Source of the DNA: Amoebophrya sp. A120
Lineage: Eukaryota; Protista; Dinoflagellata
Length of the DNA: 64,000 nt
Assembly: GCA_905178155.1 (NCBI GenBank)
Contig: CAJINV010000007.1
Span: forward strand, 3,143,151 to 3,207,150
Direction of reading: 5' to 3'
The notes beneath the pieces were generated by a model. The model did not search any database. It was not told the DNA's origin and was given only the letters and a program-made list of their open reading frames with translations. Positions 12,449 through 24,665 of the stretch are shown piece by piece (the first letter of the stretch is position 1; every line of letters begins with the position of its first letter). Made by a program: the position numbers and the translations under genes.

Positions 12449-15055
12449 ATGGAAGAAGGACCCAAAGGAAGTCCCGCAAGTAAGATTGCAAGCGCCTTCG
12501 TCGAAAACACGACCGCCGCTGCTGTGGATGAAACCGCAACTATGCAAGAAAATTTTCTCTCATCATGCGAAGAAGCAGAGCAATCCACGAACAAGCGAAA
12601 CGCCGCAGCTGTTACGACAACAGGCCCGTTCACTGTTACACCCTCCACGAAGATGAACCTCGAACAGGAGCACCAAAATCTCGTGGCCGTGAACATCTAC
12701 ACCCCGTCCGGCCGGCTGTTCACGTCTTGGTATGAGAAGTTGGACAAGACCTTGTCTTCGTCCAAAGCGAAATCTTCCGACTTGTCCGGCATGAGGACGA
12801 AAAGCACACTGAAATCCGGATTGTCGGGCGCGGAGACTACAACAACCTCGAATTTCTTCGACGACACCTCCGACTGCGAAACCGCGTCGACCTGTTCCTC
12901 GGACTCCACGCTGTGGAAAGCCTCGGGAGTAGAGGGTAAAAATCAACGAGGATCTACTACCACTTCATGTGCTTCCTTATCGACCACCTCTTGCAGTCTT
13001 TCTTCCACGTCTGGCGGATCAGACTCGGAGGTCGAAGTGGTGTTGCCAGAGGAGGAAGAAGACGGTAGCCCCGCGTTGCGCACCGAAAGTAGCGTCGAAG
13101 TAGACGAGGAGATTATTGAGGAAGACAATTTGATGTCACAAGACGTGTCGTCTTCGGCGGGCGCTGCTTGTTTATTAGCCCCGGCTCCAACGGGTACAAT
13201 TGAAAAGATCAAGATGTCGAGGCAGCCTGATCCAGGAACGACCGCGCAAAAGGATAACGCAGCTGAAACCGCCCCAACTTCGATCAAGCCGAAGAACTAC
13301 GTGAACCTGCAGAAAAACACGGTGAAGGACCTGTGCCGCCACGTGCGGAACTGCTTGTATGCGAACAAAACGCTGCACTTGGCGGAGCGGAAACACTGCC
13401 TGCAGCAGGCGTTCCCGGAAACGGACGTGATCGGGACGGAGAACCCCACGGAGGAGCACCGAGTCAACAGCTTTTTCTATTCCGCGGTGCAGCACGATAA
13501 TATCCAGGAACAAGAAGAAGAAGACCGCCTTGCTGGTGCACCGGGTGGTGAAGATGATGATGAGCAAGTAGAACCTCCCCCCCTCCGCAATGGCCAGCAG
13601 CAACGAGAAAACCCGCTCCGGGCGGAAGATTTTTCCCTGGATTTGGAGTGCGTCTGCTTGTTGAAATTGGACAATGTTTTTCTGACAAAGGCGGCGAAGT
13701 GCTGTCAGCTGATTGACGAATCTCCGAATGATGCGCAGGGAGGAGCTGGAATGGCAACGAAGAAGAAGAAAACCGCGCGCCGGGAAAATAAGAAGCGAAA
13801 GTTCTTCCTGAAATTCTGGCTGACGGACTGCGATCCCTTTGACTACTTGAACTATGAGGAGGAAAGGCGAAGAGCGGAGCAACAAACTGCTTTTTTTCTT
13901 CATGGTCCGGAAACGGCGGAGTACGGGGTCGAGCAGGTGTCCTCCACCGGCCCGAAATTTCTCAACTTCGCCGTCAGCTTGTACGCGGACAAGACTAGTA
14001 GTACTGGTCGCGCCGACATCGAGTCGTGCGGTGGTCGTTGTACAAATGCCGAAACTTCTGTCCGGGCTGGTAGTTGTGGTACTACTAGTACCACTGTCGC
14101 TGCTGTAACGTCCTCAACTTCTGATGAAGCAGAAGAACCTCCTTCTTCGGAACAGTACTACACCCCGTCGACTGCAGGACCTGTTTCGGACGGGGAGGAT
14201 CCAGGATTTTACGATGAAGAAGAAGAGGACGAGTGGGACGTGATTCCCAGTAATTTCGAGCATCTGGTGTGGACCTGGTACCTGATGTGCGACCAGACGG
14301 AGTTCGAACTGGGGAAAGAGAAGAATCGGCTCGTTTTCAAACTGCTCGACTCCTTCGCGGAGTTGGAGTTTGAAAAGGACGCAGATTTCGAGCTCTGCGC
14401 AAAGCTGCTGAACCTCGGGAAGAAGTTGTCGAACTCCAGAAACGTCGGGTTTGCGGAAGCCTTGCGACAGGTGGAGGAGTGTGTGTGGGCTGGACGTCAG
14501 AAGCAGAACCAGCAGGATGAGAGCAACAGCAAGAACAGGCTGGCAAGCGAGGTATTTTTTTCGTCCACTTGTCAGCACGGGAGGACTACAACATCACAGA
14601 AAACTAGCGGACCAGTGCCGAATATTGCGGAAAAATTGGAGGAAATAGATGCGGAATTCAGGGAGAATTTCGCCATGATGGGGAGCTGGGAGAAGTTGAG
14701 ACTGCTCCCCTGGACCGGGTTTGAGAGCAAAACCCTGGAAGAATTGGAGAAAATGAAATTGGTGGAGTGTTTGGAAAAAAGAGACGGCGAGAATCATAGT
14801 ACCATAAAATCGGAGTGCTCTTTTCACGACAGTGAAGATGAATTTGAAGGAAGTTTTTCCGAAGGAGACTTCTCGGATGAAGAAGTTTGCTGCCCCGAAA
14901 AAGAAAAGGGAGCAGAAGGTAGGAGTGGAGAGCTTCAATCGAAGGTGCAAGGCGGAACTGCGGGTACGAAACAGTCCGCGAAAGCAGACGATGGCACAAG
15001 GAAAAAATGTTACCCATTGGAACTGAATTTCTCCATTTGCGTTCCCATGGAGTAA
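12449..15055 (+). CDS. Hypothetical 868-aa Ser/Thr/Glu-rich protein with short globular islands
   Basis: Long uninterrupted ORF in which GC3-rich islands alternate with low-complexity linkers. No family recognised. Confidence 0.75.
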   Translation: MEEGPKGSPASKIASAFVENTTAAAVDETATMQENFLSSCEEAEQSTNKRNAAAVTTTGPFTVTPSTKMNLEQEHQNLVAVNIYTPSGRLFTSWYEKLDKTLSSSKAKSSDLSGMRTKSTLKSGLSGAETTTTSNFFDDTSDCETASTCSSDSTLWKASGVEGKNQRGSTTTSCASLSTTSCSLSSTSGGSDSEVEVVLPEEEEDGSPALRTESSVEVDEEIIEEDNLMSQDVSSSAGAACLLAPAPTGTIEKIKMSRQPDPGTTAQKDNAAETAPTSIKPKNYVNLQKNTVKDLCRHVRNCLYANKTLHLAERKHCLQQAFPETDVIGTENPTEEHRVNSFFYSAVQHDNIQEQEEEDRLAGAPGGEDDDEQVEPPPLRNGQQQRENPLRAEDFSLDLECVCLLKLDNVFLTKAAKCCQLIDESPNDAQGGAGMATKKKKTARRENKKRKFFLKFWLTDCDPFDYLNYEEERRRAEQQTAFFLHGPETAEYGVEQVSSTGPKFLNFAVSLYADKTSSTGRADIESCGGRCTNAETSVRAGSCGTTSTTVAAVTSSTSDEAEEPPSSEQYYTPSTAGPVSDGEDPGFYDEEEEDEWDVIPSNFEHLVWTWYLMCDQTEFELGKEKNRLVFKLLDSFAELEFEKDADFELCAKLLNLGKKLSNSRNVGFAEALRQVEECVWAGRQKQNQQDESNSKNRLASEVFFSSTCQHGRTTTSQKTSGPVPNIAEKLEEIDAEFRENFAMMGSWEKLRLLPWTGFESKTLEELEKMKLVECLEKRDGENHSTIKSECSFHDSEDEFEGSFSEGDFSDEEVCCPEKEKGAEGRSGELQSKVQGGTAGTKQSAKADDGTRKKCYPLELNFSICVPME

Positions 15056-16379
15056 AGATAACAGGAATGTTTGAAGTGAAAAAGGATAAAAAGCGGCGCG
15101 TTTACATGCGTCGACCAATCACCAGAGAATTTATCAGGTGAAACGCATTGCAACATCATAGATGAGCATCAGTAGTAGACTGCATGAAATTCAGAGCAAC
15201 ACACAAGCAGTCATTACATTTATCAATCCATCCCCATAAATTTACCCCTGAAGAATGGGAAGAGTGCAGCAGAAGTTTATTTCTTTGGACAGCTAGAAGT
15301 AGCGTTGTCTTCGCAAGATTCTTTCAGAAAGGAAAACTAACACAATGACAAAGATTGCACTGATGCAGAAGATGATTCTTTGCACAAAACTCCGAAACAG
15401 AGGAAAATATTTCATGCGGAATTTTTTTCGCACAACTGCACAGGTGCATTGTCTTATCTACTCTTGGCCGGGTCTACGGTAGTTTCTTGACTCAGTTGCA
15501 TAAAGATTTTTTTGGAGAGAGGTAAAGATATCTTGCTGTAGCATAGACACGTCAGCATCAACAGAGTAAAGCAGTACTTCTGATCCGCCCAAGGAACAAG
15601 AACATATTTCTGCAACCCATTCATTTACGCAATGTTATCTTTCCCTCCGTTGAGAAATAAAATCCAAAATTTTGTGCGGTGTAGCTTGCAACGCATGTTT
15701 GCGACAAAAATTAGTACGCCTTGTTCACGAGGATGATGTTTTGTCGATTTTCTTTCGGTACTGTTTTCAACGTGATTTTTCCCCAAATACTCGGTTGTTT
15801 TGTCGTGAAAAGGTCATGATTTCAATGGACCTTACAATCTGGTGCGCCTCCGTCCTCGTGCGATAAGAACAGTGCCTCCGTCCAATAGTTTTTTGTCGGT
15901 TCGTGTTGTTAAAAAGATTCGTTCCGGAAGATGAACAATTGTCGGTTCTTCCCGTGCCAGTTGTCGGTCGCGTCGTTGTCTGTATAATTATCGTGCATCA
16001 ACACGTAGTTCTTCACTACCGGTCGTACATTCATTTGTGAAGACGTTCTGTTTCTCCTCAGCATCGTGGTACAGCGCTACTCTCTTCGTGCGGTTGTTCA
16101 CTGTCCTTCTCGTGAGACCAATTCAAACGCTTTCTGTAGCTTTTGCGTTTGACTAAATGGAGTCCCAAAATACGGCAATTTGCTCCTTCTTTGTTTCATG
16201 CAGTTTTACATTCCCAACCCCTGCGCGACCTCGGACGAATTTACTTTGATTCACAACATATGTACCCCCAGCGAGCCATTTTCGTTAAACTTAAATTGCA
16301 GCTATGTGTCTTTACTGTGCTAATGACACAAGCACAACTATGCCTCTAGACATGATCTTCTCACCCCCCTAAGGACCAA

Positions 16380-19300
16380 ATGTCATCTTCTGCTCCTGCA
16401 ACGCAGGTGCCGCAGCGGTCGCCAACTTTCGGGGCGGAAGGCGAGCAAGCCGTCGCTTTTGAGCCGTCACTCAGCAAGCAGGGCAGCGTACTAGAAGCTG
16501 CTGGTTCTCACCCGAAGACGGCGAAGCTCTTCCAGTCCGCCGTCGCACACGTGATCCACCGTCGTAGATTGGACGATGAGCGGAAGATTGCGGAACAGTG
16601 CTTCAAGCGGCCCACCGCCGTCCTCGAGCACCAGCGTGCGACCCAAAACAAGCGAAACCACCCCACCGCGGGGATCGGGAATGTTGCAGGAGCTGCTTCA
16701 TCTGCTCCTGGTGCACCTCCAAGTGGCACCACTACTACACCAGGAGCCGGAGTAGAGAGTACCAGACAGGGTACGAAGAACACAATCAGCATTCCCAGCA
16801 CCGCGCCCGCGGCGGCCGGTTCTAGCGCGGAAAGAACGGGGGTTTATGCAGTGGACAAGGACGAGAAGGACTACAACATCCTCCGTGTGCCGGGGAGTGT
16901 GGGTTCTATTAACGGGACAAGTGGACGAGAAGACAACTTGGAAGACTACGAGGATTTCCCCGTTTCTGGCACGAGCGACTTCGAAGCCACGCGGGCCTCC
17001 GTGGACCACATCCTGGACGCACGGGAGGCAAACTGGAACCACTTGCAACAATCCATGCTGCACCGCCACCACGGGGCCCGGTCGTACCTGAAGGCCAAGA
17101 CCGCCCGGCTGTTTTCCCGGCGGAAGAAGAAGAAGCCCGGAGTCAGCGATGGGGGGCCGGGGAGTTCCTCCGACGGCGGACGAGAGCTCCACCGTCATCT
17201 CCATAAGGAACCATCAGAGAACAAATTTCACAAGGGCTCGCGATTTGCGAAGGCGCTGAAGAAGACGCCGTGCCCCAATCGGGTCGGCGTGGAGGTGCAC
17301 GCCGTGCAGCAGGAGCAGGTCGCGACCGTGGCGGCGGCGTTGCGGCAAGGCATCCTGGAGGTGATGGGCGGCGCGACTTCTGACGCAGCTGGTGCAGCTG
17401 GTGTAGAGATGCAAGAACCGTCTCCTGACGACGCTGACGATGTGGAGTTCAAAGACGCCGAGGCGGAGCTCTTGCAGCACGTGGGGAACACCCCGGGGGA
17501 CCAGATGCAGCTGGAGGCGTTGGTTCGGGACCGCACTCAGTCAATCTCCAGGTCCGACGCGGGAAAGGGCTCGGATACCTCCAATAAATCTCCAGAGGGG
17601 GAGGTGCACATGAAAAATGCTCCACCTGCTCCTGCTCCACCACCAGGGGGGACGACCACCAGCAATGTTCAACAACATCATCTTAGAGCGCCTAATAGTA
17701 CAACTACCCTGCCTAGTTCGGCTTCCCGAGGAGATGAAACGCAGACCACACACACCGTAAAGTTTCGCATTCGGAGCTACCAGCCGGCGAAGTTTGCGAA
17801 AGTGCAGAAAGCCTTCCACATCCCCGAGGACGAGTACAAAGACTCGTTCCTGCACGGCAAGGAGTTCTATTGCATTTCCACGGAGATGGCCGCGGGGCGG
17901 TCTCCTGCGTTCTTCCTGCTCACGACCGACCAGCGGTTCATCCTGAAGAGTTGCACGGCGCGGGAGGAGAAGCTGATGCTCGAGATTCTGCCCGATTACG
18001 CCGAGCACGTGGAACAAAGCTGTGGCGGGAGGACAACAGGAGTGGCCGGACCTCCAGGCTTGGAGGCCGGAAACAGTTACGACCGACGAGAGCCGACTAC
18101 AGGGGCGAACAAGCGGAGCCAGCAACTACGCGGTGCCACTAACACCGCTCCTGCGGAAACCACGAAAGAGAAAACCGCGGACCCGCAGCTCCAGCTGCCT
18201 TCGCAAAACTCTTTCCACACCGCCGCCAGTGTTGTCGGGCAAACATCGACGGAACATCATCAAACAAACAGGACCGATTTGTCAAACATGAGTGCTGCGA
18301 CGCCCGAAATAACTGATAGAAGTACAACAGGCGCGGCAGGTCGCGGCAGCAGAGGAGACGAATCACTGTCCCTAGGTTCCATCGTTTCGAACAACGTCTC
18401 AGATGGGGACGAATTCGGGCAGACTTCTACCTCTGCGGGAGCCGGGGGTGGTCCAGGAGCTACTTCCAAAAGGGGGCCTGGATTGGCTCTTCCGGTCCGG
18501 TCGCCCGGAACGACGTTCACGACTCCCGCAACGAGTTTGCTGCCCCAGTACTTCGGGTTGTACAAAATCGAGTTCATCGACGAGAACCCATCTAGTACTT
18601 CTTCCGGGAAGAAATTCGAAAAGGAGCACTTCACGTTCGTCTGCATGGCGAACATTTTCTGCGGCATGTACAAGATCAACTGCAAGTACGACCTGAAAGG
18701 ATCCACGGTCGGCAGAAAGGCGCGAAAAGGGGGTCATGCTCCAGGGCCTGCTCGTGCACCACCACCTTCAGGAGGGCAACACCAGCAAGATGGTGTAGGT
18801 ATAACAGTAGATCCTAGTACCAGCGGGGCGATTACTTCTAGTGCTTTTCCTCACGCGCAGCACCAGCACGGCGCAACAAGCGAGACCCATGAGCATGAGG
18901 AGGAGCAGCTGGTTTTGAAGGATCTGGATTGGATCGACGACCAAGCTTCCTCGACAAAATTGCGGCAGTTGAAAACCGTCCGGAACGCGAAGAAGTGCCT
19001 GCAAATCGTGGATTCGCTGGAGCGAGACGTCGCTTTTCTGCAGCGCAACAACTTGCTGGATTACTCCCTCCTCGTTGGGTTGCACTTCAAGCCGAAGGCC
19101 GCTTTGAACGCCAAGGGGACGGCGGGGAGTATGAGCAACATTCTGTACGGGCGGGAGGACTATGTGCCTTTCGGCGTGCAGGTGGTGGAGAATGACAAAC
19201 TGCTGTCTTACATCGGCATCGTCGACATCTTGACGACCTACGGCCTGCGGAAGCGGGCGGAGACCTGCCTCTTTTGCGGGACCTGCAGAAACATCAGCTG

Positions 19301-19721
19301 CCAACCCCCGGCCACGTACGGAAACCGCTTTTTAGAGTTTGCCCGGCACGCGGTGTTTCAAGTCGATCAGGAGGTGGTGGAGCCAGATGTGAATAGCAAA
19401 GCCAACCTGACAAAGGTAAAAGATGAAGCGGACGACAGCAATAGTAGAAATTGTACAACGCCGTTAGCTCAAGGACATAATCCTGCTAAACATCTCGCCG
19501 CTTCTAAAAGTAGAGAAGGCTCGTCTCCCGATAAACTTACAGCTGCAACGGCAGTCGAGAGAGGGGATAGTTCACAGGGGGCGATGACAGGTGAGCCGGC
19601 TACTAATAGTACTTCCCTGCAGCTGGTGTCACACGAACAGGACTCCGTAGGTAGGGACACGAAAGTTACATCGCGTAGCACGCAACTTGTTTCAATACAG
19701 GAAAGCGATCTTCGTGTATGA
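16380..19721 (+). CDS. PIP5K: Phosphatidylinositol-phosphate kinase (PIP5K family)
   Basis: Motifs GRSPAFFLLTTDQRFILKS, LLPQYFGLY, MANIF, KYDLKGS, LKDLD, DVAFLQRNNLLDYSLLVG, IGIVDILTTY and ISCQPPATYGNRF, separated by long inserts. Confidence 0.93.
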   Translation: MSSSAPATQVPQRSPTFGAEGEQAVAFEPSLSKQGSVLEAAGSHPKTAKLFQSAVAHVIHRRRLDDERKIAEQCFKRPTAVLEHQRATQNKRNHPTAGIGNVAGAASSAPGAPPSGTTTTPGAGVESTRQGTKNTISIPSTAPAAAGSSAERTGVYAVDKDEKDYNILRVPGSVGSINGTSGREDNLEDYEDFPVSGTSDFEATRASVDHILDAREANWNHLQQSMLHRHHGARSYLKAKTARLFSRRKKKKPGVSDGGPGSSSDGGRELHRHLHKEPSENKFHKGSRFAKALKKTPCPNRVGVEVHAVQQEQVATVAAALRQGILEVMGGATSDAAGAAGVEMQEPSPDDADDVEFKDAEAELLQHVGNTPGDQMQLEALVRDRTQSISRSDAGKGSDTSNKSPEGEVHMKNAPPAPAPPPGGTTTSNVQQHHLRAPNSTTTLPSSASRGDETQTTHTVKFRIRSYQPAKFAKVQKAFHIPEDEYKDSFLHGKEFYCISTEMAAGRSPAFFLLTTDQRFILKSCTAREEKLMLEILPDYAEHVEQSCGGRTTGVAGPPGLEAGNSYDRREPTTGANKRSQQLRGATNTAPAETTKEKTADPQLQLPSQNSFHTAASVVGQTSTEHHQTNRTDLSNMSAATPEITDRSTTGAAGRGSRGDESLSLGSIVSNNVSDGDEFGQTSTSAGAGGGPGATSKRGPGLALPVRSPGTTFTTPATSLLPQYFGLYKIEFIDENPSSTSSGKKFEKEHFTFVCMANIFCGMYKINCKYDLKGSTVGRKARKGGHAPGPARAPPPSGGQHQQDGVGITVDPSTSGAITSSAFPHAQHQHGATSETHEHEEEQLVLKDLDWIDDQASSTKLRQLKTVRNAKKCLQIVDSLERDVAFLQRNNLLDYSLLVGLHFKPKAALNAKGTAGSMSNILYGREDYVPFGVQVVENDKLLSYIGIVDILTTYGLRKRAETCLFCGTCRNISCQPPATYGNRFLEFARHAVFQVDQEVVEPDVNSKANLTKVKDEADDSNSRNCTTPLAQGHNPAKHLAASKSREGSSPDKLTAATAVERGDSSQGAMTGEPATNSTSLQLVSHEQDSVGRDTKVTSRSTQLVSIQESDLRV

Positions 19722-20525
19722 TCTTCGAGCTATCGTTTGGCGGTGAGAAAGGAGTTCACAAGAAAACAGCGTTAGATGACATTTAACATGAGCTTGACTC
19801 ACTACTGATTTTGATACCTACAACACTGGGGCGGACCCGTCCATTTTGATGTTTAGAAAGAAACGCAAAAAGACAAGAGCCCAAAGACGAATTTGCTGCA
19901 TTGCGATATTAAATGTGTTGATTTCAGCACATCATCCGGCCTTCCTGGTTGAGTGTTCAAAAACTGTATTGCTTGGTTCCCTCTGCATTTGTGAGTTTCT
20001 TTTACAACGTTCTTCTCGCAACCATCGTGTAGTGGACCACTGCAAGGAAATACAAAAAAAACATCAGTTTCAGTTCCTCTTTCAAAAAAATTAAAGTTTA
20101 GAATTCGTCTTCTCAATATGGTTGTGTCTGCGATGCGTTCCTTTGCATTCCAATCTTGATAATATGTTGTGTTGGGCCTGAGATTGAGATTTCCATCTGT
20201 ACAACATGTTGCATTTTTCGCCCCCCCCTCGAGAATAGAAGGTGGCTCTAACTGCTGTAAGTATGATCATCCTCGTCCTCACCTCTTTGCGATCGAGAGG
20301 AAACCAGCACGTAGCAACGGATGATGCCCGCGGATGATAAGTGATACTTGGTTCTTGTAGTCGCACCGCCGTGCAGGCGCATCGTTTGTGGTGTACCAAA
20401 GTGGATTTCTTTCCGCGCGGTTGCTTCATCTCCCGGTCGTATCATACAAGCTGCACCGATCCCTCGACGACCGTGCGGATTTGGTAAGCAGCAACCGTTC
20501 ATCGTTTCTCGTAGCGTCAGGCCGG

Positions 20526-23500
20526 ATGACAATGACGGTGGATTATCAGTATAGCGTCAACAAGAACTACCCGACGTACAGCCCCACGCCGCCACCACAG
20601 AACACCAGCAGTAGCCATCAAATGAACTACAACAACCCTGGAGCCGCTGCAGCTGTAGCGACGAGTAGCAGCATGTACAACGACATCGAAGGCGGGCAGG
20701 CCGGTGGGTACTATGGGAACAGCAGTTCGTCGATGGGCCAGAGCATGAATCATCCGGGCTACTACCCCAACAACGGGTTCGCGGACACGAACGGCTTGAA
20801 CAGTCAGAACAACAATTTTTACCATCCCAAGAGGAAACTGTCCTTGATCGAGCAACTGGCGATGAACGGGACCGTGTCGCCCTTGGTTCCCCTACTCGGG
20901 GTCTGCTTCACACTCTGTGTCGGGGTACAGATGTTTTCCGACAACGTGGGGCTGAAGGCCACACTGTGGGCGCTGTTCGTCTCCATCGTGGGGATGTGCT
21001 TTTCCTTCTGGCTCCTAGTGTGGATGTACCGCTTTGACGAGGGCACGGAGGCCATGCAGGTGATCTCCGACGCGATCTCAGAGGGCGCGGAGGGCTACTT
21101 CGCCATGCAGTACAAAACGATAAGAAACGTGACGCTGTTGTTCTCGGTCTTACTCTTCCTGCTGTTTTTGGGGAGGGAAGGAGGTAATGTAGCAAGTTGG
21201 GTCGTTTATATGCTGTATCATTTTTATTTTCTAACGCGGGGATCATGCAACAAGACGAACCACCAGCATGATAGAAGTGAGGAGATGACGGATCTCGGTG
21301 GTGGTAGACCGAGCTCTTGTTTTTTGGCTCTCTCGACCACGTCGTTGTTTTGCGGAACCACATGATACAGGTCTCAATAAGTTTCTTCAAACCAACACAT
21401 TCATTCTTTCTACCACAGGCACGGGCCCTGTAGGCCCATGGGTGATGGCTTTGGTTACGTCCCTCACCTTCCTCGTCGGCGCCGGGTGTTCCGCGCTTTC
21501 CGGATACGCGGGTATGTGGGTTTCTGTCCGGGCCAACATCCGGGTTGCCTCCGCCGCGAGACGCTGTTACAACGATGCTTTACAGCTTTGCTTTCGCGGT
21601 GGCGGCTTTACCGCGGTGATTAACGTCAGCTTGGTTGTCTTTGGGATCTGTGTCATGATGCTCTTCTTCCAGTTTTTCATACCGGAACTGGCGTTCGCGC
21701 AGATGCCGCTCTTGCTGGTAAGTACTAGGAGGGTTTAGCAGTGGTCGTGTTTTTGTCCAGGGTGGGCATGCAAGTGATTGTCGCAGCCTAAAAATAATGT
21801 AATTGCGAAAATGCCTCACAAGTTATTGCATTTTTTGCACAGTTCATGAAATAGAAATTGTGACCCATCAAGATCACAACTTCAGGTCGGCTACGGCTTT
21901 GGCTCGTCCCTCGTGGCCATGTTCTCGCAGCTCGGCGGCGGTATTTACACAAAGGGCGCCGACGTCGGTGCGGACTTGGTCGGGAAGGTAGAAGCCGGGA
22001 TTCCGGAGGATGACCCGCGGAACCCGGCCGTCATCGCCGACTTGGTGGGCGACAATGTTGGTGATTGCGCGGGCCAGTGTGCGGACACGTTTGAGTCAAT
22101 TGCCGCCGAGATAATGGCGGCCATGATTCTGGGTGGCGCCCTGGCCGAGGAAGCGAAGCTGCCGGCCAATTTTGGCGTGGGCTTTGTGGTGTTTCCGCTC
22201 GCAGTGCATTCCATGGACATCGTGATCTCTTCCGTTGGTGTGATGCTGGTCCGGACAAGAAGAGGACTGCCCGATCACGGCGCCGCACCCGAGGACGCGC
22301 TGGCGATCATGAAAAGGTTGGCCGATGTCTTCGGTTTTGATGCAAAACAAAAGGTCGTGTGAATGTGATTTGATGCTAAATGTAAATCTTGCATGGCGCT
22401 ATGGACACTTACACGATGAGCCTAGAGGAGGAGCTTCAAAAATAAGCACGAGCCAAAACGATGAAAAAAAATCCCCGTCATCAAATGATATTAAAGAGCC
22501 TACCTCGTCTCGCTGCTGCTCGGTGTCGGCGGCTTTTTTCTCTTGTGCCGACTACTCCTCTACTCCCCGGTCGCGCCGGACGCCTGGAAATGGTTTTGCG
22601 CGTGCGGGGTTGTCGGACTGGTCGCGGCGTACCTGTTCGTCATAATCACCCAGTACTACACGGACTACGAATTCTCCAAAGTTCGCGGCATCGCGGAGGC
22701 GTCGCTTTCCGGTCCAGCGACCAACGTCATCGCCGGAATGGCGGTCGGATTGGAATCAACGGGGGCGGCGACGCTGGTCATCGCCGGATCATTGGTATGA
22801 GGAAGAACTATTTTTTAGATCGTGTTTTAAGCTGAGTTCCTGTTCCGTCGTGACAGGAGATGAAGCGGCTTTTTCTGTGCTGCTTTTGGGAATGCGAAAC
22901 GGAAGAAACAATGGGAAAATACTTAAAAATCTTCTAGTGCCTCTCCTACAACTTCGGTATGAAATCGGGCATCACAAGTACCAATGGGAATATCGCCGGC
23001 CTGTTTGGCACTGCCGTGGCAACGATGGGCATGCTTTCCACCGCGGTGTTCGTGCTCGCGATGTCCTCCTTCGGCCCGATTGCCGACAACGCGGGCGGGA
23101 TCGTTGAGATGTCGCAGCAGCCGGAGAACGTGCGCGCCATCACCGACAGGCTAGACGCGGTGGGCAACGTGACGAAGGCCAACACCAAGGGGTATTCGGT
23201 CGGGTCCGCGGCTCTGGCCTGCTTTCTCCTTTTTTCCGCGTTCCTCGACGAGGTGTCACTGTACTCTGGGCACAAGTTTGAGAAGGTTGACCTCGCCATA
23301 CCGGAGGTCTTCGTGGGCGGGCTGATCGGGTCGATGTGTGTGTTCCTTTTCGCCTCCTACGCGATGACCGCGGTCGGGAAGGCGGCGCAGCGCGTGGTGC
23401 AGGAGGTCCGGCGGCAGTTCCGGGAAATCCCCGGGATTTTAGAGTTCAGGCAGAAGCCGGACTACCGCACGTGCGTCAACATCGTCAGTAACACCGCCCT

Positions 23501-23951
23501 GCGGGAGATGGTGAAGCCGGCTTTGCTCGCGGTGCTCGCCCCCATTCTCGTCGGCTTCGTCTTCCGCCACGTGGGCCAGCAGCGCGGGCAGCCACTGCTA
23601 GGCGCGGAGGCGGTCGCCAGCTTCATGATGTTCTCGACCGCAACCGGGATTTTGATGGCGCTGTTCCTGAACAACGCGGGCGGGGCGTGGGACAATGCGA
23701 AAAAGTACGTGGAAACCGGGGCGCACGGTGGGAAGAACAGCGACGCGCACAAGGCTGCAGTATGCGGCGATACCGTCGGGGACCCGTGCAAGGACACCGC
23801 GGGCCCGTCGGTACACGTGTTTATCAAACTCGTGTCCACCGTGACGATGGTGGTGACGCCCTTGTTCATCGACAAGAAGTCATTCGACGTCGCAGCCGGG
23901 GCGGGTGCGGCACCAATCATACCAGGGGGAGCTGGGGCACCGCCGAGATAG
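20526..23951 (+). CDS. Membrane H+-translocating inorganic pyrophosphatase, K+-independent type (AVP2/VP2-like)
   Basis: Exons 20526-21183, 21419-21717, 21886-22316, 22497-22794, 22938-23951, all GT-AG. Motifs [60 protein letters not shown] (Lys signature of K+ independence), GGAWDNAKK and [14 protein letters not shown]. Confidence 0.96.
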
Positions 23952-24665
23952 CGACAAGCGAGTTGTTATGGCTCCTGGGAGCCTCCGTTCGCGATACGCT
24001 TGTGAACGAGAAAAAATTAGTTTTTGAAAATTGAAATAAAAGATACATGTGTGAAAATTTCTAGGCGCTTCGAAGAGCCCACACGCGGTTAATAATATCT
24101 TGAGTTTACACTTGTGAGCAGTGGTTTGGGACAACTTCAAAAGTTCAAAGAACAACCTCGGATGCTGGGCTGTTTCAACACGGAAGAATTCCGATCAACG
24201 AAGACCCACGTTGAAGAGGAAACGCAGGATGGAAAATAAGTCATCCTACCACAGGCCATGCGCGCTGTAGGAACAGCAAGTTTTTACCCATTCTGCTTTT
24301 GAAATCGACATGACGAATAAGAAGAGAGCAGGGGCAGCGGCAGGGACACTAGCACATCATGTCGGCCGGCAAGATGTTGAGGGCGGATTTTATATTCTAG
24401 CATCTTGTTAAGTATTTCCTAATCCAATTGTTTATAATTTGTCAGACTCAGATTCAGAAGCTCGCGAGCAGCAGAAATGAGAGGCCTCGAATTCAATCAG
24501 AAATTTCATTTCAGGAATGCGCAGCGTCATTTTGTAGACCGTGAGCCACCTCCAGGAAAAAGATGTGAAACGAAGTAGACCCATACCCCCGAGTCCCAAC
24601 ATGGCGGCGCCGGTTTTACTACTGCTTTAGCCACAGGTTGTCGAGAGGCGCAGCGGCGAAGCAAA

